Below are positions 15,962 to 23,973 of a stretch of DNA of 34,555 nt, piece after piece; position 1 is the stretch's first letter; every line of letters begins with the position of its first letter. The notes under the pieces were generated by a model. It was not told the DNA's origin, did not search any database, and saw nothing but the letters and a program-made list of their open reading frames with translations. This DNA is from Verrucomicrobiota bacterium. GTDB lineage: Bacteria; Verrucomicrobiota; Verrucomicrobiia; Chthoniobacterales; JAFAMB01. Location of the stretch: contig JAFAVN010000187.1 in the NCBI GenBank assembly GCA_019242435.1, positions 1-34,555 on the forward strand, in the 5' to 3' direction. Both the position numbers and the translations under genes were made by a program.

Positions 15962-16993
15962 ATGCGAGCCAAGGCAAACATCGAACTCAACGCCGGTCTT
16001 AAATCTTTTGCGAACGGTTTGCTGCCCGAGTTAATAACCACGCTGCGCCGATGTGCTCCAGGTGACCTCCTCGCCGTCGTTGGCAACGAAGCTGCTATCG
16101 GCACCGACCTTGAAACCTGGTGCCGTTTCACCCGCAATAGCTTGATCGATAAGACCGTCGAAGCCGGTCGCACTCGGTGGCTGATTCGGTGCGCAGAGGC
16201 TCCCGCTGACGACATCATTGATCGCCCCATCGGCTCGCGCCTTTGGCTTTACACAAATTTCGATTGTAACCTCCATTGTGACTACTGCTGCGTGCGCTCC
16301 TCGCCCAGGGCGCCACGGCGGGAACTCGGAATCGCTCGCGTACGGCGCATCGCTAGCGAAGCAGCCGACCTCAATGTGAATGAAATATTTGTGACCGGCG
16401 GCGAACCATTTTTGCTCCGCGACATCGGCGACATCCTGGCTGCCTGCACCGCTACCGCTCCGACTACTGTGCTCACTAACGGCGCGCTAGTCGCACAACG
16501 CCTCGAAATGCTGCGGTCGCTGGCCAGCGACCGCTTGACGTTACAGATCAGCTTGGACAGTCCGACATCCGAACGGCACGACCGTCATCGGGGAAAGGGT
16601 ACTTGGGAACGCGCGGTGAAAGGGATTGAACAGGCTCGGGCGGGGGGCTTCCGCGTGCGATTGGCAGCAACCGTGTCCACTGATGATGAAGCCGAGGAGT
16701 TCCGCCGGTTTTTGGACGCTCGCCGTATCAGTGAAGAGGACCGGGTCGTTCGCCGAATCGTGCTTCGAGGCTTTGCCATCAAGGGCATCGCACTGGCACG
16801 CGCCGATCTAATTCCAGAGGTTACGATCACCGCGGACGGTGTCTACTGGCACCCGGTGGGAGCTGATGACCCGGACCTTCTTGTGACTGCCGAGATCTTT
16901 CCTTTAGCAGAAGCCTTCGCTGCGGTGCGTCTCGCGTTCGAACACGAAAACGAGCATCGCCGCAAGTTGGCGACGATTTTTAACTGCGCCTGA
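15962..16993 (+). CDS. Radical SAM enzyme with N-terminal Cys-less TusA/SirA-like domain
   Basis: 343 aa. Residues 1-85 align by eye to TusA. The cluster motif CNLHCDYC sits at aa 102-109 (nt 16265-16288), and the SAM motif is VTGGEPFLL. Only two Cys follow the cluster, so there is no SPASM, twitch or Cys-rich domain. Confidence 0.85.
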   Translation: MRAKANIELNAGLKSFANGLLPELITTLRRCAPGDLLAVVGNEAAIGTDLETWCRFTRNSLIDKTVEAGRTRWLIRCAEAPADDIIDRPIGSRLWLYTNFDCNLHCDYCCVRSSPRAPRRELGIARVRRIASEAADLNVNEIFVTGGEPFLLRDIGDILAACTATAPTTVLTNGALVAQRLEMLRSLASDRLTLQISLDSPTSERHDRHRGKGTWERAVKGIEQARAGGFRVRLAATVSTDDEAEEFRRFLDARRISEEDRVVRRIVLRGFAIKGIALARADLIPEVTITADGVYWHPVGADDPDLLVTAEIFPLAEAFAAVRLAFEHENEHRRKLATIFNCA

Positions 16994-17087
16994 CTCTGCA
17001 GACGCGACAGGCTACGAGTGGATTTCCCCCTGAAAAGGGAGGAAATTGCGAATAACTTCGTTCTGTCGGGGCTCAAACGCTGGCCTC

Positions 17088-17924
17088 TCATCGATTAAAA
17101 AAACCCTGGTTAGAAGCGGCCTGTCGTAATGTGCCATACCCGTCGAGATGCGGGGATTCCCACCTGCGCAGGCCTTCGGCATCGAGCACGACGCGATGGC
17201 TGGGATTGTCGTAACTCATTCCGGAAAGGGCTGCCGCGAACGCTTTATCCAAGGCTGGGTCGAGATCCGGGCGCGCGGTAAACATGCAATGATTGAACGG
17301 AGGCGACGTCCAGATCTCGGTCAGCGCGCCCTCCGGCACCAAATGCTGAGTCTGCACGGTCTTCCAGAATGGACTGCCGATTGCGCCGGCATCAGCTCGG
17401 CCGTCGAGCACTGCCCGGACGACCTCGACCTCACTGGTACCCGTATCGCCATGTTTCCCGATATCGCTATTGAAGCGTACCGTTAGATAGTCTCTTCCCT
17501 CGAGCAACCCTTCCCGCTCCAGGAAATGAACCGGCAGAATCGCGGCATGTCCGCTGTCGCGGCTGCCGAGGGCTAAGGTTCGATTTTTGAGATCGGCCAG
17601 GGCAGCAATCGACCCGCCGCTGACCGCAACGATTTTGGTTGTCCAACCGATGTCAGTATCCCGCATGGCGATTGGCCGGCAATGTTCGCTGCTCCAGGCC
17701 TCGGCTTGCAGGTACGCGAGGTTGGTATTCCATGCGATGTCAATACGAGGAGTGGGCTCACCTGACTGTGCAAGGAGCGCCCTTACTTGCATTTCGTAAC
17801 TTTGAAACAGGACGACCTCAACTGGCAAGTGTGCCTCTTCCAGAAAGTAGCGCCGCATTCCTTCCCAGATTGTGACCACTTTCGGATCGTATGCGACGGC
17901 GCCTACCCAGATAATTCGGCTCAT
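17088..17924 (-). CDS. PhnD/SsuA-like type II periplasmic-binding-protein-fold protein without signal peptide (cytoplasmic)
   Basis: 278 aa starting MSRIIWVGAVAYDP, with no signal or lipobox. PhnD-like segments include IAALADLKNRTLALGSRDSGHAAILPVHFL and EVEVVRAVLDGRADAGAIG. Confidence 0.75.
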   Translation of the reverse strand: MSRIIWVGAVAYDPKVVTIWEGMRRYFLEEAHLPVEVVLFQSYEMQVRALLAQSGEPTPRIDIAWNTNLAYLQAEAWSSEHCRPIAMRDTDIGWTTKIVAVSGGSIAALADLKNRTLALGSRDSGHAAILPVHFLEREGLLEGRDYLTVRFNSDIGKHGDTGTSEVEVVRAVLDGRADAGAIGSPFWKTVQTQHLVPEGALTEIWTSPPFNHCMFTARPDLDPALDKAFAAALSGMSYDNPSHRVVLDAEGLRRWESPHLDGYGTLRQAASNQGFFNR

Positions 17925-18063
17925 AATTGGTTAATCATTGAATGGATCGTTTCTCGCTAGGAACTTTGAATCGTCCTGGTACTCTTCGAGCAGCAGGGAT
18001 AATGATGCGCCTCGGAGCCGAGGACAGGAGGACGAGCACGAAGCGCCTGCTGAGGACATATGC

Positions 18064-19209
18064 CTAAAAGAGAGGGATACCGAGTATGGCTTTCGCGATG
18101 AACTCGCGGAGGACGTCTCCCGTTGGTGCCATCACTGCCCCAGCGTGAGCATCACGGAACAGCCGCTCGATATTCAGGTGTTTAGAGAAGGCAGAACCTC
18201 CGCACACCCGCATTGCCGTTGAGGTAACGCCGATGGCGATATCACCCGCCGCCGCCTTAGTCTCGAGCACGCGTAACAACGTCGTGTCCCTAGGCTGCTC
18301 GAGATGTTCGACTAAGTCGTCGATACGTGCCGAAAGGCCATCGGTCTCGATCTGCATGGTGGCGAGCAGGGCGCGTAAAGTCGGTAAGCCTTCTCCGAGG
18401 GTTTGCCCGAGATGCTCGAAACGAGCGCTCTTGAGATGGGCCGCGGTTGCAGCTACGGCAGCGCGACAGAGACCGAGCGCAACCGCCGCTGTGCCCAGAT
18501 TAAACAGCGGTAACACTACGTTCAACATCGTCGGGAAACCTTTGGCATCCTCGGTTAACTGGAACTCCGGTGAAAGCTCGCATCCAACCAGCACCATCGG
18601 AGCGGAGGCGTTCGCTCGTAATCCCAGACCATCCCATGCGCCCTCTACTGATAGCCCTGGCAAACCCGCCGGAACCAGATAGAGAGTGGAATCGGTTGGA
18701 CCTGTTCCTTCGGGCGCAAGCGTCGAGACTACATAACTCTGTGCACAGCCGGCGCTCGTCACCCACGACTTCTTTGCTGTGATCTCGACGCCCGCGCTGT
18801 TGCGTCGCGCGCGCGAGACTGGCGCCCAAAAATGACTGCGTGAGCCGGCCTCACTAAACGCCAGCGTGGATAGATGCTCTCCAGCAGCAATTGTCTTGAG
18901 GATGTCCGCAAAGCCGTCGCCCTTCCGGGCAGCCGCGATTGTCGCGGTCGCACAGATATGCATCAGATACACCATCGCCACTGAGGCATCCGCCTCAGCA
19001 AGGATTGCCGTAACCGCCGCAAATGTTCGTGGGCCTAGACCCGTGCCGCCGAGATCCGCAGGTAACATTAGCCCCAGAAGCTCTGCGCGCCCCAAAGCCT
19101 TCACGGCCTCTGTTGAGAAACGACCCTCTCTATCATTCTGCCGAGCAGCTGGAATCAGTACACTATTGCTTATCTCTTTTGCCTGCGATAACGCTGCCTC
19201 GTGATTCAT
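18064..19209 (-). CDS. Acyl-CoA dehydrogenase-fold flavoprotein (probable oxygenase/oxidase-type rather than classical ACAD)
   Basis: 381 aa with three-domain ACAD-like organisation (N-terminal helical domain, KKSWVTSA beta domain, C-terminal helical domain). A GGAGG sequence lies 5 nt upstream of the ATG. The position of the MCAD catalytic Glu (YEGT) reads MAPT. Confidence 0.85.
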   Translation of the reverse strand: MNHEAALSQAKEISNSVLIPAARQNDREGRFSTEAVKALGRAELLGLMLPADLGGTGLGPRTFAAVTAILAEADASVAMVYLMHICATATIAAARKGDGFADILKTIAAGEHLSTLAFSEAGSRSHFWAPVSRARRNSAGVEITAKKSWVTSAGCAQSYVVSTLAPEGTGPTDSTLYLVPAGLPGLSVEGAWDGLGLRANASAPMVLVGCELSPEFQLTEDAKGFPTMLNVVLPLFNLGTAAVALGLCRAAVAATAAHLKSARFEHLGQTLGEGLPTLRALLATMQIETDGLSARIDDLVEHLEQPRDTTLLRVLETKAAAGDIAIGVTSTAMRVCGGSAFSKHLNIERLFRDAHAGAVMAPTGDVLREFIAKAILGIPLF

Positions 19210-19466
19210 GATGCCTCCGTCGGAGCCACTGGGTTGTGAGTTTTTTCATCGAATTCTTAAGCAAGATCGCGATGGGAGTCTGGCAAATTGGCGAGAAATG
19301 GCTTCGATCCCGCATTGTATTAAAAGAATCTTATCAAGCCACACCAAAATTAGGGCAACCATTCCGTCATTTGTATTTCCATAAGAGCGCCAAAATTCGC
19401 CCGATTTCGTTAGGAAATCTTGTGTCAGAAATCGTGATGGCGCCTTTTTGCCGAGCTGTCTCGACC

Positions 19467-19505
19467 TAAAAGCGTTCAGCCGCGACCCGGCCGGCCGCGG
19501 CTGAA
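19467..19505 (-). terminator. Rho-independent-type terminator after the ferritin-like gene
   Basis: 10-bp stem TTCAGCCGCG (19475-19484) / CGCGGCTGAA (19496-19505). On the minus strand it is followed by CGC and then TTTT. Confidence 0.65.
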
Positions 19506-19539
19506 TCTCCTTCTCCAGAAAATGGTTAAGTTGCTTGTG

Positions 19540-20784
19540 CTAAGAGCGCTGGGCGTTATCCGCCGCCGTTGCTAACTGTAAAGACAGATCAAAGAAACCT
19601 TTGCTTTGTCCGTCGAAGAGTCCGTCGGCGATGAAAGCTTGCAGGGTAGCGACGGCGCCGCCTAGAGCGGTGGAAGTAGGACGTATTATCGAGCAGGGAG
19701 GCAGGGCTTCGTTTCCAATGAAGTCGCATGGCTCCGGCTGAATTTTGTTAGTTTGGGTGAGCTCGAGCTTCAGGTTCAGCCGAGCTAATGTAGCCGGATC
19801 ATTCAGATCAGGAAATGTCAACCCGGTTTCAGGGTCGACGACCCCCGCCAATGGTTGGGCAACGGCATTGCCCGCCTTGTCGTGCCAGAGTGAAAAGTGA
19901 TCAATCTCTACTCCGCCGATACTGAGCAAAATCCGTAAAACTTCTTCGCTAGTTGCCTTGAACGCCAGGGTAGGATAAAGACTCGTGCCACCCTGCTCGA
20001 TAAAAGCAAAGTGAAAGCCCGCGGTATTAGCAATCGCTTGTACGCGCTGAGCCGGCGATCCCTCCGGAATTGGCGGCAGCGGCACCACGATATCCGGCGG
20101 AGTGTCAGTGTCGTTCAATGGAATTGCCGGTTCATTCAGGATATTAAAAGGACCTTTGAAGTTCGCGTCCAGGTCCGGGTTCTCCCCGCTCCTATAGCGA
20201 GTGTACCAACTCAGATCTACATTAAGTCTCAGCAAGTTTGTCAGCCGTTTACCGATCTTTTTTTTATCCACTCCTGTCGCCGTGCTGCCCGGCAAAGTTC
20301 GAAAATAGTCAAGGTCGACTGGCTCAGCCCCGTGGGTCCTTAAATACGCGTTCAGGAAAGCTGCATGGCTCAATTCATCATCATTATTATCCGTGATGTA
20401 CTGCGGCATGTCGCCGTCGAGATTTTGTAGCGCTAATTTATAAGCCGGGTTTCCCACATTGGGGGGACCGTCGTTCGGCGCCGTCGCTCCGCCCAACTCA
20501 TTGTATTGAGTCCAGAGATCACTTTCCACAATCTCGGCCCAGGCTGCGAACCTCAAGAGATCCGCATCGCCTTTACTAAGTTTTCCCGATGAGCTTGTCC
20601 CCTGGCCTTTTACCTTATTCAGCAATACTGTACTCGCTGGTAACAACGTGGCTCCAATAATGCCCAGCCCTCTAAGAAAAGAGCGCCGAGGCACCGCGCT
20701 CCGCAATTGCGAATTAGTTAATTCAGCGCCGGGCATCGGCGGCTGCGTCTGAGCGGAGCCGGTGTAGGGTAGTTTTTCTTTCAT
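19540..20784 (-). CDS. Tat-exported ferritin-like domain protein
   Basis: 414 aa with the twin-arginine signal PRRSFLRGLGIIGATLL. DADLLRFAAWAEIVESDLW and a second-half IDHFSLWHD resemble the duplicated ferritin-like (Ferritin_2-type) fold. Confidence 0.65.
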   Translation of the reverse strand: MKEKLPYTGSAQTQPPMPGAELTNSQLRSAVPRRSFLRGLGIIGATLLPASTVLLNKVKGQGTSSSGKLSKGDADLLRFAAWAEIVESDLWTQYNELGGATAPNDGPPNVGNPAYKLALQNLDGDMPQYITDNNDDELSHAAFLNAYLRTHGAEPVDLDYFRTLPGSTATGVDKKKIGKRLTNLLRLNVDLSWYTRYRSGENPDLDANFKGPFNILNEPAIPLNDTDTPPDIVVPLPPIPEGSPAQRVQAIANTAGFHFAFIEQGGTSLYPTLAFKATSEEVLRILLSIGGVEIDHFSLWHDKAGNAVAQPLAGVVDPETGLTFPDLNDPATLARLNLKLELTQTNKIQPEPCDFIGNEALPPCSIIRPTSTALGGAVATLQAFIADGLFDGQSKGFFDLSLQLATAADNAQRS

Positions 20785-21192
20785 AAGATTGAGCGGTATG
20801 CTTAGCCGACACGATCCGGTTAGTAAGTTAGTTTCAATCGAATCAGTGTTCGTCTCGAGTTAGCATACTGAACACTCATAGCATTTATTCCCGCGTTTTA
20901 ATCCGTGGTAACCCACAGGCGATCAGCCGCCTCAGCTGCGCTACGGCGCGTTCCAAGGTTGGGGGATTCAGGACGCCCGTGGCGACTGCGATTTGTGGCC
21001 GTCCAGGTGGTATTCCCTGCTCCGGTTCCATAAGTGTCGGCAACCGGCAATGCGCACTGGGACAGTGGCCGCTACCTGAGTCCGGTTATCGACGTTGTCG
21101 ACGCTCGCGCTCATTCAGGTTCCTGCTGAGCATCGTAGCTGTATCAGGTATAAAGATCTTGCTCCTGCGAAGGACGGGGCTAAAACAGCGTA

Positions 21193-22596
21193 GTGGATCC
21201 GGTGGTCAGCGGCAAAGCGAAGCAAAACATCGCCACCGTCTCGGTGATCGCGAGTGGAAGCATTGCCGCCTTGAAACTCCTGGTAGGGGCCCTAACCGGA
21301 AGCCTGGGGCTGCTGGCCGAGGGCGCTCATTCTCTGTTCGATCTCGTTTCCACCTTAATCACGTTCCTGGCGGTCAGAATCGCGACGGTGCCGCCCGATG
21401 CTAATCATCCTTTTGGCCATGAGCGAGCCGAAAACCTTGGGGCCTTGGCCGGAATGGCACTCCTGGCCGGAGCCGCCATCTACATCCTTTACCACGCGAC
21501 CAAGAGGATCTTTTTTCATCCGGCCGCGCCAGTAGTGAATGCCTGGTCGTTTGGCGTGTTGGCGGTCGCTTTGGTTGTGGATTTATATCGCGCCCGAGCG
21601 CTGCGCTGCGCTTCCAAGAAGTATTCCAGCCAAGCGCTGGCTGCCGATGCTGAGCACTTCAAAAACGACATTCTCGGAACCTTAGCCGTGCTTGCCGGGC
21701 TAACGGTAGTCCAACTCTCTCATTTCATCTCCTTACCGGACTGGCTGGTGTTACGGGCGGACGCGTTGGCGGCAGCGGTTGTAGCATGCATCGCCTTACG
21801 ATCAGCTTGGCGTATGGGCACCGAAGCCATTCGGGCCCTGATGGGAGATGTTCCGGTAGAACTGACCGAGAGACTCAAGCGAACGGTGGAGAGTCTGGAG
21901 GGCGTCGTGAAAGGTTCAACCGAATTGCGGACCCACTTCGTGGGCAACCGCCCGTATGTCGATGTAACGCTGGGTACCCCGCGCGGCGGATCACTGGAAT
22001 CAGCCCACCATCTCACAGAAGCCGTGGAGAAGGCTATTCAGGATCAACTCGCAGGAGCGCAGGCAACCGTTCACGTGGAACCCAAAGCGATTCCGCACGA
22101 GGGCCCGGCCGCCAGTCTGCGCGCGATAGCCGATCAACTCCGGCTACGCGTGCATAACGTTAACGTTTATACGATCGACAGCAGAATCCGCATCGATGTG
22201 GACCTGGAACTGCCGAACACTCTTACCTTAGCACAAGCTCACCGGTATTCCGAGAACCTGGAGCGCGCTCTCTGTCGTGAGTTGTCGGATCCGGTCGCGG
22301 TCGCTATTCACCTGGAGCCACGTAGCGACAAGCCACGACCAGCAACCATCCGCCCATCATCGACCCAAGAAATTCGCGATCTGCTTTCCAAGCTGCCCCA
22401 CGGAACAAATACTCGGGTCCGGGACGTACTCGAAACGGACGAGGGTCTGGTAGTGACCTTAGAAAGAGAATTCCCGGGAGACATGTCGCTGCGGCAAGTC
22501 CACGAAGCGATGACGGACCTTGAGCGTAGTTTAAAGGTTGCGCTTCCAAAAATCATCAGGGTGCACGTTGACCCCGAGCTGCTGCCGCCCGCCTGA
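21193..22596 (+). CDS. Cation diffusion facilitator (CDF) metal efflux transporter with triplicated C-terminal cytoplasmic domain
   Basis: GTG start. Six TM helices carry HSLFD (TM2) and HFKNDILG (TM5) site-A motifs, plus HPFGHERAE. Three tandem segments of about 70 aa follow, ending ATVHVEP, VAIHLEP and IRVHVDP. Confidence 0.9.
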   Translation: MDPVVSGKAKQNIATVSVIASGSIAALKLLVGALTGSLGLLAEGAHSLFDLVSTLITFLAVRIATVPPDANHPFGHERAENLGALAGMALLAGAAIYILYHATKRIFFHPAAPVVNAWSFGVLAVALVVDLYRARALRCASKKYSSQALAADAEHFKNDILGTLAVLAGLTVVQLSHFISLPDWLVLRADALAAAVVACIALRSAWRMGTEAIRALMGDVPVELTERLKRTVESLEGVVKGSTELRTHFVGNRPYVDVTLGTPRGGSLESAHHLTEAVEKAIQDQLAGAQATVHVEPKAIPHEGPAASLRAIADQLRLRVHNVNVYTIDSRIRIDVDLELPNTLTLAQAHRYSENLERALCRELSDPVAVAIHLEPRSDKPRPATIRPSSTQEIRDLLSKLPHGTNTRVRDVLETDEGLVVTLEREFPGDMSLRQVHEAMTDLERSLKVALPKIIRVHVDPELLPPA

Positions 22597-22597
22597 A

Positions 22598-22622
22598 GCT
22601 CGCGGATGACATATCCGGCGAG
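22598..22622. terminator. Imperfect hairpin between the convergent CDF and MFS genes
   Basis: GCTCGCGGAT - loop - ATCCGGCGAG, with one bulge and no clear U-tract. Confidence 0.3.
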
Positions 22623-22623
22623 T

Positions 22624-23871
22624 CTAGCGAGCCGGCTCTCGGCGACCTACCACCAACCGGGTCCCTACCAAAAGAGCGCAAGCGGCAAATAGAAACATGG
22701 CGAGGCCCATGGCGACAGCGGTACCATGATAGAACATCGCTACCAGTTCGCTGGAGATAGCACCACCTAACATCCGGATACTGCCGAAGGCCGATGATGC
22801 TACCCCTGCGATACTCGGCAGCGGTTCCAATGTACCATGCACGGCGTTTGGAGTGATTAACCCCATCGACAACGTATTCAGAATCAGCAGGGGCATAATG
22901 GAAACAGCGTTCAACCGACCAAGCAAGGCACCCCCTAGCAGAAGCCCGGTTGCTGAAAAAGAAATGACGAGGCCGCTGATGACAAGCCGAGTAGTAGAAA
23001 CGCCTTTGGCGCCGAATCGGCCGCTGGCTAGCGCTCCGATCGCGATGGCACAGGCGTTGACGGCGAAAAGAATGCCAAAAATGCGGGGACCAACTCTGAA
23101 AACGTCGATAAACACAAATGCTGATCCTGAGACATAAGCGAAGAGTGCTCCGAAACTAAGCCCGCCGATCAGAAGGTATATTACGCAGGTTTTGTGGGAG
23201 AAAACCCGCCAGTAATTACTTAACAAATGCCGCGGCTTCAGCGCCTGTGGATTTCGAGTCGGAATCGATTCTTCGAGGCCCAACAGCAGCACTGACACTA
23301 CGATCGCACCGGCAATAGCCAGCCAGAAAAACACGGAGCGCCAACCTTGCAGGGCAGCGATTAAGCCACCTAGAGTCGGTGCAATAATAGGGGCGATCGT
23401 GCCTACCACGCTGATATACGAAAGACGAGCTCTGGCAGCAGATCCAGAGAATCGGTCACGCACGATGGCGAGAGCAATCACGGACCCCGCTGCCGCACCG
23501 ATTCCTTGAACAAACCGCCAAGTCGCCAGCACCGCCAAAGAAGGCGCCAGCGCGCACCCCACAGATGCGACTGAGAAGAGCAAACAACCAAACACCAGCG
23601 CGGGACGACGGCCGAAACGATCGGATACCGGGCCAAAGGCTAGTTGGCCGGCTGCGAAGCCGGCCAGGAATAGGCTTAAAATGGATACGGCAGCACCGGC
23701 ATCGACTCCCAACGAGCTGGCAATCACCGGCAAGGATGCCAGGCAGGAATCGATGGAAAGGGACGGTAGGGTTACGCTTGCCGCCAGCAGTATAATGAAG
23801 GCTTTGGATTCAGGACTGATTTTGAGGGGGCGTGAATGGGTAATCTCTTTGCGAGTCGTCAATAGTTCCAT
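22624..23871 (-). CDS. MFS drug efflux transporter, Bcr/CflA-like
   Basis: 415 aa with 12 predicted TM helices and the MFS motif A GPVSDRFGRRP. Confidence 0.9.
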   Translation of the reverse strand: MELLTTRKEITHSRPLKISPESKAFIILLAASVTLPSLSIDSCLASLPVIASSLGVDAGAAVSILSLFLAGFAAGQLAFGPVSDRFGRRPALVFGCLLFSVASVGCALAPSLAVLATWRFVQGIGAAAGSVIALAIVRDRFSGSAARARLSYISVVGTIAPIIAPTLGGLIAALQGWRSVFFWLAIAGAIVVSVLLLGLEESIPTRNPQALKPRHLLSNYWRVFSHKTCVIYLLIGGLSFGALFAYVSGSAFVFIDVFRVGPRIFGILFAVNACAIAIGALASGRFGAKGVSTTRLVISGLVISFSATGLLLGGALLGRLNAVSIMPLLILNTLSMGLITPNAVHGTLEPLPSIAGVASSAFGSIRMLGGAISSELVAMFYHGTAVAMGLAMFLFAACALLVGTRLVVGRREPAR

Positions 23872-23973
23872 CTTTTACAGTCTGCGTATCGCACCGATAT
23901 CGAGAGTTTGAGCACTTCGGCGCTGCTAATCTGTGAGAAATGCAGCCTCATCCCAGAATATGAGACTTGCCGG

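Noticed and set aside
15962-16993. Calling the radical SAM protein ArsS, or a SPASM/twitch peptide-modifying maturase
   Set aside because: Only two cysteines follow the CNLHCDYC cluster, so there is no auxiliary-cluster or Cys-rich (seleno)domain. The N-terminal TusA-like extension is also not part of those families, as far as I recall.
17022-17046. Hairpin ATTTCCCCC-TGAAAA-GGGAGGAAAT between the convergent rSAM and PhnD-like genes as a bidirectional terminator
   Set aside because: The stem needs a bulge and neither strand has a following U-tract. It is plausible but too weak to annotate.
20796-20876. Two interleaved 7-bp inverted repeats (GTATGCT/AGCATAC and AGTGTTC/GAACACT) upstream of the ferritin-like gene
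   Set aside because: Seven-bp complementary pairs are expected by chance at roughly this frequency in a region of about 100 nt. The interleaved arrangement fits no simple hairpin or operator, and I have no supporting conservation data.
20979-21404. 141-aa ORF spanning the CDF upstream region and the CDF 5' end
   Set aside because: It overlaps the real CDF frame out of phase, and its Arg/Gly-rich translation has no features.
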